NCBI GenBank assembly: GCA_965649265.1
Contig: CBFGKC010000012.1
Location: 1-64,000 of the forward strand
From: a candidate division WOR-3 bacterium
GTDB taxonomy: Bacteria > Hydrothermota > Tepidihabitantia > B3-TA06
DNA: 64,000 nucleotides
Direction of reading: 5' to 3'
Shown: piece after piece, positions 8,837-18,159 of the stretch
How the letters are laid out: every line of letters begins with the position of its first letter
Numbering within the stretch: the stretch's first letter is position 1
Position numbers and translations under genes: made by a program
Notes under the pieces: generated by a model
The model's input: the letters and a program-made list of their open reading frames with translations, nothing else
What the model was told of the DNA's origin: nothing
The model's database searches: none

Positions 8837-10003
8837 CTACGCGAGAACCGTCTCAGAGGTCGTCTTGCTAGTGCGCTCCTCGTGCAGCAGGGCCGCGTTG
8901 CGGTACTCCTCTACAAGGGTATTGATGAGCTCCTGGACTGAAATTATCTTATCTACCCTGTAGGCGTTCGCGCCCGCGAAAGCAAACCCCTCGTCGAGAT
9001 TTCCACGCTTGGCGTTGCTCAAGGCCTCGGCGATGCAGTAAGGAACGTTCGTGTAGTCGCAGGTTATCAAACACTTCCACGGACAGTTAAAAGGCTGCCT
9101 TACACCCATAGAAACCTCTCTCAGGAACTTGTTTTGAACCGCTCTCCCGGGCAGACCTACAGGACTATCGATAATGGTGAGGTCTTCTTTCTTGCACTCA
9201 AGGTAAGCCTGCTTGAAAGCCATGGATGCGTCGCATTCATGGGTGGCGATAAAACGGGTTGCCATCTGGACTCCGTCGGCGCCAAGCTGCATTATCTTGT
9301 ATATATCCTCACCGGTGTATATGCCCCCGGCGGCGATAACTGAAATGGGCTTGGAAAAACGGGCTTCAAAGGTGCGGATGACGGATACGACCTGAGGCAC
9401 TAATTTTTCCAGTGCATAGTCGGAATCAGCTATCTGTTCCTTCTTGAATCCCAGGTGTCCGCCCGCAAGGGGGCCTTCGACGACAACGGCATTTGGGACG
9501 TGCTGGTAGCGTTTCTCCCAGTGGTCGAATATCAGCCGCGCCGCGCGCGCCGAGGAAACGATAGGAACGAACTCCGTTCGGAAATCCTTGAACGATTTGG
9601 ACGGTGGAAGGGTTTTGGGGTATTTTAAGGGGAGACCGGCACCCATAAAAACAATATCTATATCCTCTTCTACGGCCGCCCCGACCAGGCTGTCGAAGTC
9701 GGAAAGCGCGACCATAATATTGGCGCCTATAATTCCGTCTTTACCCGCGATCTCCCTTGCTTTTCTTATTTCCTGACGCAAAGCCCTTCTATTGGCTTCC
9801 TGGTAGTTTGCGGCGAAATCATGCTCGAGCATGCCGATTCCTGCTGTGGCGATAACTCCAACGGCGCCGGCTTTTGCAACAGCCGAAGCAAGCTTTGACA
9901 GGGAAAGTCCAACCCCCATCCCGCCCTGGATGATCGGTATTTTAATTTCCAAATTACCAATGCGCAAGGAGGCCATCTTCCTAGCATTTTCCTGAGGATT
10001 CAC
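8837..10003 (-). CDS. Nitronate monooxygenase / FabK-like flavoenzyme
   Basis: 'PIIQGGMG', 'EGPLAGGHLG', 'AAGGI', 'GVQMATRF', C-terminal CxxxCxxxC cluster. Confidence 0.9.
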   Translation of the reverse strand: MNPQENARKMASLRIGNLEIKIPIIQGGMGVGLSLSKLASAVAKAGAVGVIATAGIGMLEHDFAANYQEANRRALRQEIRKAREIAGKDGIIGANIMVALSDFDSLVGAAVEEDIDIVFMGAGLPLKYPKTLPPSKSFKDFRTEFVPIVSSARAARLIFDHWEKRYQHVPNAVVVEGPLAGGHLGFKKEQIADSDYALEKLVPQVVSVIRTFEARFSKPISVIAAGGIYTGEDIYKIMQLGADGVQMATRFIATHECDASMAFKQAYLECKKEDLTIIDSPVGLPGRAVQNKFLREVSMGVRQPFNCPWKCLITCDYTNVPYCIAEALSNAKRGNLDEGFAFAGANAYRVDKIISVQELINTLVEEYRNAALLHEERTSKTTSETVLA

Positions 10004-10135
10004 AAGTTACCTCCTAATGAATCAAATATTTATTACGGCTTGTCACGGAGATAGCACAAGTCGATGTTATATATATAATAGTCAAACACGCGCCCAGGTC
10101 AAGCCGATACTCTTTCGATTTGGCAGAGGTGGATG

Positions 10136-10570
10136 TCAAAGAATCTTCTTCAATATCCGCGCCGAATCCTCGACGAACCCCGGGCAGCGCAGCTTTACGA
10201 GATTCCCCTCCTTGATCTTGAGCCTGCCCTCGGGCGTGCTCATGTCAGCGCCGAGAATCTCCCTGCAGAGGATCGAGCCGTGGAGCGCCTTGAAACACGA
10301 AACGAACTCGGCAACTTTTTCATAGTTGAGTTCTTTAGCAGCCAGATCGTCGACCTTCGTTCTGCCGTACCTCAGACCGAGCGCCATGAGTGCGCCTGTT
10401 ACGGCACCGCAGACCTCCCCCATCTGCGCCATTCCGCCGCCGAACGAGGAGGCGATTCTCAAAGCTGTAGTGCGATCGAGACCGAGGTCGGGTGCAAACG
10501 CGGCGAAGACGGCCTGCGAACAGTTGAAACCCCCGTTGAAAAAATCAGATGCGTCGTGGATCCTATTCAT
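10136..10570 (-). CDS. C-GCAxxG-C-C family putative redox protein
   Basis: 'FNCSQAV', 'FGGG', 'CGAVTG', 'ILCRE', 'RCP'; start placed at ATG 10570 (an upstream in-frame start at 10591 is possible). Confidence 0.85.
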   Translation of the reverse strand: MNRIHDASDFFNGGFNCSQAVFAAFAPDLGLDRTTALRIASSFGGGMAQMGEVCGAVTGALMALGLRYGRTKVDDLAAKELNYEKVAEFVSCFKALHGSILCREILGADMSTPEGRLKIKEGNLVKLRCPGFVEDSARILKKIL

Positions 10571-10593
10571 CTTTTCAGCCGGCCTTCTCAAGA

Positions 10594-10890
10594 CTAGTTG
10601 GATGACTCATCGTTTCTTATGACCTCGACCTTGACCCTCGTCAGAAGCACGGCCATGGCACCCAAAGCGACGAGGATTGGCGCAAAAAGGGTGAGTACGC
10701 CGCCGACAACAACCCCGGCGGTCAAGGGGATCTCGAGGAGTATCTCGCCCTTCTCGTTGCGGATTATAATGCGCCTTACGTTGCCTTCACGCAGGAGCTT
10801 CTTTACGAATTCAACGAGTTCAGAGCCGGCAACCTCGAATTGCTCCTCAAATGATCTGTCCTTTTTTTCGTTTTCAGTCATGGTCACCAC
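10594..10890 (-). CDS. DUF4342 family protein
   Basis: 'LVEFVKKLLREGNVRRIII...LLEIPLTAG' followed by a hydrophobic segment. Confidence 0.85.
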   Translation of the reverse strand: MVTMTENEKKDRSFEEQFEVAGSELVEFVKKLLREGNVRRIIIRNEKGEILLEIPLTAGVVVGGVLTLFAPILVALGAMAVLLTRVKVEVIRNDESSN

Positions 10891-11723
10891 TCATTTTTTC
10901 CAAAAGGCATTTCGGATACGGGCTTACGCGAAAGTTTCCCATCACCAAAGAAAATAATAACAAGCAGGGCGAATACTGTAAACAGAATCGTTTGAATCCA
11001 GAAATACTCCTTAATGGGAACAAGACCCAGAAATCCTACAATGATATTCGTTGAGGCGTTGGTGGAAAAGTGAAAAATAGATGTCATCGCAAGACTTCCC
11101 TTTGTGTTATTGTATATCCACGTGAAAAGTACCGTCTCGACGACACAGGCTATTGCAAAAGGCGCAAACGGCATACCATACTGGGGTGTTCCTTCCAGAA
11201 ACCATAGAGGAAGGTGCCATAACACCCAGATGGACCCGAGAACGAAACTTGTTCCCAAAGCACCCAAATGTTTCTCGAGCAGTGGAGTGGCAAATGCACG
11301 CCAGCCTGGTTCCTCTCCAGTGGCCCCAGTAAAAACAGTAAAGAACAACGACATGCCTACTGCCGGAAACGTTATCTCTGCAAGTGGACCAGGCGGTGCG
11401 CCTTTCATAATTATGACGTATATGAATGCGACTATCGAAGAAACAAGGAAAGGAGAAAGCGCGGCCGCATACCAACCGACACCGACATTCCAGCGACCCC
11501 AGCCACGAAAGAGCTTTCCTGCATCTTTTCCCTTCCCGATGAATAGAAGGGTGAGGAGCGCAGCAATGGTTGGACTCCAGGAACCGACAATGAACAAAAG
11601 CATGAACACTGGAGAGGCAGTCGGAATGACACCCAGTTTACCTAAACCGACCAGCCCGTACATGACAACAAACGCGGAAACGAAGTAGATAGAAAGAGAA
11701 ATTACATTGTGTTTCTTTGGCAT
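10884..11723 (-). CDS. CPBP (CAAX/Abi) family intramembrane metalloprotease
   Basis: 'GEEPGWR', 'WVLWHLP', 'IFHFSTN'; multiple TM helices. Confidence 0.9.
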   Translation of the reverse strand: MPKKHNVISLSIYFVSAFVVMYGLVGLGKLGVIPTASPVFMLLFIVGSWSPTIAALLTLLFIGKGKDAGKLFRGWGRWNVGVGWYAAALSPFLVSSIVAFIYVIIMKGAPPGPLAEITFPAVGMSLFFTVFTGATGEEPGWRAFATPLLEKHLGALGTSFVLGSIWVLWHLPLWFLEGTPQYGMPFAPFAIACVVETVLFTWIYNNTKGSLAMTSIFHFSTNASTNIIVGFLGLVPIKEYFWIQTILFTVFALLVIIFFGDGKLSRKPVSEMPFGKNEW

Positions 11724-13273
11724 TATTTCTCCTTTAGCTTTCCCCTGAATAAAACCGGAACCTTGACAAAAGTCTTCTCGATAAATTCTGCTTCGACTGC
11801 ATCTCCTTCAAAATGAAATTCGATTGTACCGCGGTTTATTAAAGAAAGGGTGTTAAATTCGACGATGAACGTATCTGCCGACCATTTTCCCTTGAACGCG
11901 ACATCCTGATTATCGTAGCCGGAAAGCGGACCAAGGGTTTCACCTGACGTTATGCGTGGGACTTCATCGAGCCCAATAGAAAACCTCGCAGGCTCGCCTT
12001 CGAGCGTTAAAGTAAGGTAAGCCTCATTCTCGCCGTCCTTGAATTCGAACCTGGCGGTCTGCCAGCCTGCAAGGTTCGAGTCAAGCACCCATGTCTTCCG
12101 GGAAACCCGGCGAGCCACTTCAGGCAGCTCCGGAATAGAGCCAGGGGGAGGAGGCGCGGCTATCTCGCCGAGTCTTTCTGTAAGAAGCGTGAAGGCCGCG
12201 GGATTCGGATGAGCGGACCTCAATAACGATTTTATTGACGGCAGCACGAATTCCGCCAGAGCGTTTTCGTACTTTTGGGTCTCCTCTTCTGTCACGCTTC
12301 CCGTAACAACAACAACAAGATCAAGGGCAGGCACCACGAATATTCGCTGGCCTCCCCTGCCCACGGCCTCAAAAGATCCGTACTTGTAAATCCACCACTG
12401 GTAACCGTAACCGTCCGCAGGGCCTACCTTTTCAGTTTGATTCTTAGTGGCAGCCTTCACCCAGGGCCGTGAGATTACCTGTTCGCCGTCCCAAATGCCG
12501 CCGTGCAGGAAAAGAAAACCAAGCCTGGCCATGTCGCGCGGAGTTATTTGCAGGTCCCCCCAGCCGTGGTTGTACCCCTGGGGGTCCCTGGACCATGAAA
12601 CCTGTCCGATGCCTATGCGGTCGAAAAGAAAGCGGCGGCCGAACTCCTCCAGACTCCAGCCTGATGCGTCGGCGACTATCGCACCCAGAAGATGGGAACC
12701 GCAGGAGTTGTATACCCATTTAGAACCAGGCTCGCTGGTCACCGGAAGATCGAGTACGTACTGCACCCAGTCCCGCGATTCCTTCATCTGCATCAGCGTG
12801 ATCTCGTAAGGTTTATCAACGCACTCCAAGCCTGAAGTCATCGTCAACAGATTCTCGCACGTAATTTTGGTTTTATTATCATCGAGACTGGCAATTTCGT
12901 GATCCTTGAAAAATTTGACAATCGGAACCCTCACGTTTTTTATGTAACCCTTGTCCATGGCGATTCCGAAAAGAGTCGACGTGAAGCTTTTAGTGCACGA
13001 GGCAATGTCGTGTTTGGTCAACGGCGTGAATGGCCAGAAATAAGCGTCGAGCACTATGTAGCCATGACGGACGATGGTTATGCTGTGAACATTAAGATCA
13101 TTATTGCGAATGTAGTCAATCATTTTCACAAGCAGTTCCGAATCCATGCCCTGCTCCTCTGGTGTGGAAGTTCTCCATGCCTGGGTGGGCCAGTAATCGG
13201 GCTTTGAGGCATAACTGCAATTAACGAGCACGAGAAGAATTAAGACTTTGATCAGGATTAAATTTTTTTTCAA
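11723..13273 (-). CDS. Serine hydrolase (class C beta-lactamase-like) with C-terminal extension
   Basis: SCTK, 'LLTMTSG', YNS, 'GYGYQWW', 'GRGGQ'; signal peptide. Confidence 0.9.
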   Translation of the reverse strand: MKKNLILIKVLILLVLVNCSYASKPDYWPTQAWRTSTPEEQGMDSELLVKMIDYIRNNDLNVHSITIVRHGYIVLDAYFWPFTPLTKHDIASCTKSFTSTLFGIAMDKGYIKNVRVPIVKFFKDHEIASLDDNKTKITCENLLTMTSGLECVDKPYEITLMQMKESRDWVQYVLDLPVTSEPGSKWVYNSCGSHLLGAIVADASGWSLEEFGRRFLFDRIGIGQVSWSRDPQGYNHGWGDLQITPRDMARLGFLFLHGGIWDGEQVISRPWVKAATKNQTEKVGPADGYGYQWWIYKYGSFEAVGRGGQRIFVVPALDLVVVVTGSVTEEETQKYENALAEFVLPSIKSLLRSAHPNPAAFTLLTERLGEIAAPPPPGSIPELPEVARRVSRKTWVLDSNLAGWQTARFEFKDGENEAYLTLTLEGEPARFSIGLDEVPRITSGETLGPLSGYDNQDVAFKGKWSADTFIVEFNTLSLINRGTIEFHFEGDAVEAEFIEKTFVKVPVLFRGKLKEK

Positions 13274-13578
13274 TGCTCCTCCAGGCGGTTTTGAATATGG
13301 GCAATCATATCCCTCAAGAGCGAACTGTCAACACGAACTTATCGTGTTTGACAATTATGTCGATCTTTGTAGAATTCAACCTGATGAACGCCATATTTAT
13401 AGAAAAAGCAAGTGATCTGATGTCCAAGACGGCAGAAAATGCCCTATTAACTTAGTAACGACTTTCACCCTTAAATCTATATAGAACATATGATTGAAAA
13501 GAACGTTCGCTTAACGGAGAAAAATCCCCTTCTTTGTCCGATGATGGGATTCTTTCAAAACTCGACAAGGAGCAAAAA

Positions 13579-14661
13579 ATGGGACTGCGCTCTGGATTAA
13601 TTGGACTGCCGGGCTGCGGCAAAACGACTATTTTCAACGCCTTGACAGCTGCAGCCGCAAATTCTTATGGAGCTTCCGAATCAAACGTGGCGGCGGTGCC
13701 CGTTCCTGATTCGCGTATAGATCCCCTCGTAAAGATGTACAATGCACCCAAGATTGTGCCTGCAATGCTCGAGGTGGTTGATATTCCAGGGCTGAAGTCC
13801 GGCTCGACCGCCGGAGACGGCCGCGGAACCAAGCTCCTGGCCCATGTAAAAGACGTGGAGGCGCTGTTGCACGTTGTGCGCTGTTTCGAAGACGACAACA
13901 TCCCATACGAAAACGAAACCGTTGATCCCGCACGAGACGTTGAAACCATCGACCTGGAGCTGATTGTCGCCGATTCACAGACGGTTCAAAACAAGATTGA
14001 GAGGCTTTCCAAAAAAGCTCGCACGGGCGACAAGGATGCCCTGAAAGAGATAGCGGCCTGCGAGAAGGTTCTGGCCGGCCTCAACGAAGGTGTTCCGGCA
14101 AGGAGACTGGAACTCTCGGAGGGCGAGAAAACGGCGCTGCGCGAATGTAATCTGCACTCGCTGAAACCAGTTCTTTACGTAGCCAACGTCAAGGACGTTT
14201 CCGATGCTGATAATAAACACGTTCAGGCGCTAAAGAAGATTGCACAGACAGAGAATGCCGAACTGGTCGTGATCAGCGGCAGGGATGAGGCTGAGATAAG
14301 CCAGATGGACGCGGTGGACCAGGCGGTATTTCTTGCCGAGCTCGGCCTTGAGGAATCGTCGCGCGAACGTCTTATGCAGGCCGCTTGCCGCGCCCTCGGC
14401 CTCGTTAATTTCATCACCGCCGGCGAGAAGGAGGTTCATATCTGGACCTGTCGGACCGGTGACAGAGCGCCTGCAGCCGCGGGCAAAATCCATACCGATA
14501 TGGAAAAAGGCTTCATTCGGATGGAGGTTATCCGCTACGAAGATCTTGTCGGCCTGGGCTCGGAGGCCGCGGTAGCAAAGGCCGGCAAGCAGCGCCTTGA
14601 AGGCAAGGATTACGTGGTTCAGGACGGCGATATCGTCGTCGTGCGTTTCAACAAGTCCTGA
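13579..14661 (+). CDS. ychF: Redox-regulated ATPase YchF
   Basis: 'GLIGLPGCGKTTIFNALT', 'DIPGL', 'AAGKIHTD', 'EGKDYVVQDGD'. Confidence 0.95.
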   Translation: MGLRSGLIGLPGCGKTTIFNALTAAAANSYGASESNVAAVPVPDSRIDPLVKMYNAPKIVPAMLEVVDIPGLKSGSTAGDGRGTKLLAHVKDVEALLHVVRCFEDDNIPYENETVDPARDVETIDLELIVADSQTVQNKIERLSKKARTGDKDALKEIAACEKVLAGLNEGVPARRLELSEGEKTALRECNLHSLKPVLYVANVKDVSDADNKHVQALKKIAQTENAELVVISGRDEAEISQMDAVDQAVFLAELGLEESSRERLMQAACRALGLVNFITAGEKEVHIWTCRTGDRAPAAAGKIHTDMEKGFIRMEVIRYEDLVGLGSEAAVAKAGKQRLEGKDYVVQDGDIVVVRFNKS

Positions 14662-14755
14662 ATCGAGCGAACAACTCCCCCCTCCCTTGACAAGCTTTCG
14701 ATTCTGTCTAGTGTATATTGACCTGTCGGCGAGACAGGCAGTGACCGTGTAATCT

Positions 14756-15346
14756 ATGGAGCAAGTGATGACTGTTAAAAGATGTGCGTGGGCTGATTCT
14801 CAGGATGAGCTCTACCTGAAATATCATGACGAGGACTGGGGCGTGCCCTGCCACGATGACCGGAAGCTTTTTGAGATGCTCATTCTCGAGGGCGCTCAGG
14901 CGGGCCTCTCATGGTCAACGGTTTTAAAGAAGAGAGAAAACTACCGCAAGGCCTTCGACAACTTCTACCCCGTAAAAGTTGCGGCCTACGACGAGAATAA
15001 GGTCGGGCAGCTCTTGCAGAACGAAGGCATCATCCGCAACCGCCTGAAGGTCGAATCCGCAATCAGGAACGCGAAAGTGGTGCTCGGGATTCAAAAAGAA
15101 TTCACGAGTTTCGACAACTACATCTGGGGTTTCGTTGAGGGAAAACCGATTCAGAACGAAATCGGTTCCATGGGAGAGATACCTGCCAGAACAGAACTCT
15201 CGGACAGAATATCCAAAGACCTAAAGAAAAAGGGTATGAACTTTGTCGGCTCGACCATCATCTACGCCTTCATGCAGGCCGTGGGGATGGTAAACGATCA
15301 CGAGGTCTCGTGCTTCAGGTATTCGCAAGTTAAGGCGCTAGTTTAA
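14756..15346 (+). CDS. tag: DNA-3-methyladenine glycosylase I
   Basis: 'RCAWA', 'YHDEDWG', 'LEGAQAGLSW', 'NDHEVSC'. Confidence 0.95.
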   Translation: MEQVMTVKRCAWADSQDELYLKYHDEDWGVPCHDDRKLFEMLILEGAQAGLSWSTVLKKRENYRKAFDNFYPVKVAAYDENKVGQLLQNEGIIRNRLKVESAIRNAKVVLGIQKEFTSFDNYIWGFVEGKPIQNEIGSMGEIPARTELSDRISKDLKKKGMNFVGSTIIYAFMQAVGMVNDHEVSCFRYSQVKALV

Positions 15347-15371
15347 AAAAGCGGGCGAATTTCTTTCCATG

Positions 15372-15400
15372 TTGACAGAACACTTCATGGTAAGTAATAT
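15372..15400 (+). promoter_or_regulatory. Sigma70 promoter of the tRNA-Ala/pdaD unit
   Basis: TTGACA-17nt-TAATAT. Confidence 0.7.
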
Positions 15401-15418
15401 TCGAGGATTAACTCTGCC

Positions 15419-15491
15419 GGGGCTGTAGCTCAGTTGGGAGAGCGCCTCGTTCGCAACGAGGAGGCCGACGGTTCGAATCCGTTCAGCTCCA
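15419..15491 (+). tRNA. tRNA-Ala(CGC), CCA not encoded
   Basis: GGGGCTG/CAGCTCC acceptor stem with G3:U70, anticodon arm CCTCG-TTCGCAA-CGAGG, GGTTCGAATCC T-arm. Confidence 0.97.
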
Positions 15492-15495
15492 TTAA

Positions 15496-16047
15496 GTGAA
15501 TGATTTTGTCCCAAGAAAGGTTTTCTTAACGCGCGGCGTCGGACGCGCAAAGGATAAGCTGGCCTCGTTCGAGGCGGCCCTGCGGCTTGCAGGCATCGCA
15601 CCCTTTAATCTGGTAAAGGTTTCAAGCATCCTCCCCCCCCGGTGCAGGATAATCGGACGCTCAAGGGGCGTCGCGCAACTTCTCCACGGCCAGATCGTCT
15701 TTGTTGTCATGAGCGAGAATCAGACCGAAGAGCCCCACCGCCTGATATCGGCATCTGTTGGACTTGCGGTGCCCGCGGATCAGAGTCAGTACGGGTACCT
15801 GTCGGAGTATCACTCGTTCGGTGAGAAGGAAAACAAAGCCGGTGATTACGCGGAGGACCTTGCGGCCCAGATGCTTGCTTCCACGCTCGGCGTGCCGTTC
15901 GACGTGAATGCGAGCTACGACGAACGCCGCGAGATATGGAAGATCTCGGATAAGATAGTAAGAACAAGTCATATAACCCAGACCGCGGTAGGCTCAAAGG
16001 ACGGCGGGTGGACCTCCGTCGTCGCCGCGGCGGTCTTTGTTCCCTAG
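15496..16047 (+). CDS. pdaD: Pyruvoyl-dependent arginine decarboxylase
   Basis: 'LASFEAALRLAGIAPFNLVKVSSILPP' with the SS autocleavage site; 'GYLSEYH'. Confidence 0.9.
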   Translation: MNDFVPRKVFLTRGVGRAKDKLASFEAALRLAGIAPFNLVKVSSILPPRCRIIGRSRGVAQLLHGQIVFVVMSENQTEEPHRLISASVGLAVPADQSQYGYLSEYHSFGEKENKAGDYAEDLAAQMLASTLGVPFDVNASYDERREIWKISDKIVRTSHITQTAVGSKDGGWTSVVAAAVFVP

Positions 16048-16055
16048 GAGGAAGC

Positions 16056-16454
16056 ATGGCAAAGAACAAGATTGCTAGAGACATACTAGGCGGTATATTC
16101 GGCGGGCTGATCGTGATATGGGTGGGCGTGAGCTTCTATCTCGTTATGGTCCAGATGATAACGTGGTCCCAGTGGGGCGCTTACTTCTGCCTCGGTCTCG
16201 CCGCGCTGTTTCTCTTGAACGGCATCGCGTGGCTCTTTGTTCCCGGGCTGCGCGGAGGCTTCATCGGGATGCTCATCCCTGCGCTCTTCCTGGGAGTGGT
16301 GGGTATTGTTCCGATCCTCGGCGGCGGCTGGGAGGCATGGACAACGTGGTGGCCGCTGATCATCGTGGCTGTCGGCCTCGTGATAATCGTTTCGACGATC
16401 TGGGGCATCGCATCAAAACGCCGAAAGGATAACGAGGAGATCCAGTCAAAGTAG
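16056..16454 (+). CDS. Four-TM membrane protein (LiaF-TM/DUF5668-like)
   Basis: SD AGGAGG, hydrophobic helices, 'WWPLIIVAVGL'. Confidence 0.75.
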   Translation: MAKNKIARDILGGIFGGLIVIWVGVSFYLVMVQMITWSQWGAYFCLGLAALFLLNGIAWLFVPGLRGGFIGMLIPALFLGVVGIVPILGGGWEAWTTWWPLIIVAVGLVIIVSTIWGIASKRRKDNEEIQSK

Positions 16455-16487
16455 ACCGTCTCGAGTATTCTCGCGATAAGGAGTAAT

Positions 16488-16937
16488 ATGGACGAGAAAG
16501 ACTACAGGGATTCGCGCGAGGAGTGGCGTGAACGACGCCGCGAGTACAGGGAAGAGCGGCGCACCCACCGATATGAGTATTGGAGCTGGCGCGACCCGAT
16601 AGGCGGCGTGGTCTTCGGACTCATGATAGTGTGCCTCGGGCTTGCCTTCTACCTCAAATACACGGGCGTAATCCCTGCCTCAAACTGGTGGGCCTACATG
16701 CTCGCGGGATTCGGAGGAATATGGATTCTCGGCGGGCTTATCAGGCTTTTTGTTCCCCGCTGGAGCTACCGCGCGCTCGGTATGATTATCCCGGGAATCA
16801 TCATGGGCGCGATAGGCATGATGTTCATCGCAGATTCATTCCAGTTCTGGCCGCTCATACTCGTTGCAGCCGGCCTCGCCGTGATCGTAGTCGTCATCGT
16901 ACAGGCAATCTGGCGCTCGTCGAGAAAAGAAGAGTAA
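16488..16937 (+). CDS. Four-TM membrane protein, paralogue of the upstream gene
   Basis: 'GGVVFGLMIV..G', 'WWAY', 'FWPLILVAAGL' align with the neighbour; R/E-rich N-terminus. Confidence 0.75.
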   Translation: MDEKDYRDSREEWRERRREYREERRTHRYEYWSWRDPIGGVVFGLMIVCLGLAFYLKYTGVIPASNWWAYMLAGFGGIWILGGLIRLFVPRWSYRALGMIIPGIIMGAIGMMFIADSFQFWPLILVAAGLAVIVVVIVQAIWRSSRKEE

Positions 16938-16939
16938 CC

Positions 16940-17012
16940 ACCTCCTCCCCATTCGATTCTCCTCTCCCACCGGGAGAGGGTGCCGCTCCAGTAGGAGCGG
17001 TCGGGTGAGGGA
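16940..17012. repeat. REP-like palindromic element
   Basis: CCTCTCCC-acc-GGGAGAGG and CCGCTCC-agta-GGAGCGG hairpins followed by CGGGTGAGGG. Confidence 0.7.
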
Positions 17013-17013
17013 A

Positions 17014-17898
17014 TTACTTCTCGGCTGATTTCAGCTTCTCCATCCCCAACCGGATAAAAAGACCTGTGAGATAAACAAAGGTTTCAACTTCAGCGTAATC
17101 TAGATTTGGGTGATACTGTGGGTCGCCTTCAGCATGGCGGAATTTGTTGGCATAGTTGAGGTAGTTCTTGAAGATATTCATATAGTAAGAGTTTTTACTT
17201 AACCCTATTTTTTTCAGAAACGCTTCTTGGTTGTTTGTCAATTCGTTTGTGTTGTCGCAAACAATATGTGAGAACGCTTCCAAGGCTTTATAGATATTGG
17301 AGACGACTTCTTCCAACTTTTTAGAATCGTTTCTAGCTTCCAAAAAGAATTGAAGACCTTTATCATAAGGCTGTGCTACTTTGGGGAAATCCTGCAACCA
17401 CTTGAGATTTTCATTAACCAATTGCTCATCAAGCAACTTTGCTCCACTAGGGTAGAAAATTCCTTTTTCCTGGTCAAAGGAAATTCCCAAGTCCATTTTA
17501 GATCGGTCCAGAGCTGCTTTGACTATCTCACATGCCCATTTAGATCTTATTAACGGTGATTCATCACCAAAAACTCTAATTGCAGTAGTGTAAGGTTTTT
17601 TCGCTTCAAATTTTCTTAACTCATCTATGAAGAACTCCAACTTCTCAAGAAATTCATCGAAAGATTTTACAACAAGAAAATCCCCAACAGGAATATCGAC
17701 AAGAGTCATAATATTAAGAGTGTTATGCCATTCAGGAACCCAACCTGTCCTTATCATCAACTCAACAACAAAAGACTTGTAGGCATAGCCCTTCCATTCG
17801 AGAGATTTTATGGCAACCCAAATACTACGCATGAATATTGTTTTTTCCGTAGTCAAGTCAAGTTTAATACTAAATCTTTTTTCGAACGGTTCTGCTAT
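17014..17898 (-). CDS. AT-rich AbiJ/HEPN-like putative defence protein; probable ATA start
   Basis: C-terminal 'VSNIYKALE...YLNYANKFRHAEG...EVETFVYLTGLFI' resembles AbiJ-type helical HEPN-like domains; SD AAGGAGG 5 nt before ATA. Confidence 0.55.
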   Translation of the reverse strand: MAEPFEKRFSIKLDLTTEKTIFMRSIWVAIKSLEWKGYAYKSFVVELMIRTGWVPEWHNTLNIMTLVDIPVGDFLVVKSFDEFLEKLEFFIDELRKFEAKKPYTTAIRVFGDESPLIRSKWACEIVKAALDRSKMDLGISFDQEKGIFYPSGAKLLDEQLVNENLKWLQDFPKVAQPYDKGLQFFLEARNDSKKLEEVVSNIYKALEAFSHIVCDNTNELTNNQEAFLKKIGLSKNSYYMNIFKNYLNYANKFRHAEGDPQYHPNLDYAEVETFVYLTGLFIRLGMEKLKSAEK

Positions 17899-17919
17899 CG
17901 TTGCCTCCTTATTCTCAAA

Positions 17920-17948
17920 AGAATAGCCTATATACTGCATAATGTCAA
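17920..17948 (-). promoter_or_regulatory. Sigma70 promoter of the AbiJ-like gene
   Basis: TTGACA-17nt-TATTCT. Confidence 0.6.
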
Positions 17949-17953
17949 GGTTT

Positions 17954-18156
17954 CCCCACCCCTCCCCTAACGATCCACCAGATCGTACCCCTGACGCCAT
18001 GGAGGGGGAAAAATTAATCCTCCCCCTTGATGGGGGAGGCTGGGAGGAGGTGAAACCACTTACTAAAGAAACGGGCCGGTCTAAAGACCGGCCCCTACTA
18101 AAAAAAATTCCCCTCCCTTGACGGGACAGCCCCAAGCTGGTGGGGGGGAGGGTGAA
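17954..18156. repeat. Cluster of REP-like palindromes
   Basis: CCTCCCCC-ttgat-GGGGGAGG, GGGCCGGTC-taaa-GACCGGCCC, CCCTCCC...GGGAGGG. Confidence 0.7.
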
Positions 18157-18159
18157 TTC

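Noticed and set aside
10136-10570. Selenoprotein/TGA readthrough in the C-GCAxxG-C-C protein
   Set aside because: All motif cysteines are ordinary Cys codons and the ORF is complete.
17899-18135. N-terminal 78 aa of the 373-aa ORF call
   Set aside because: It runs through palindromic repeats and the promoter, so it is unlikely to be translated.
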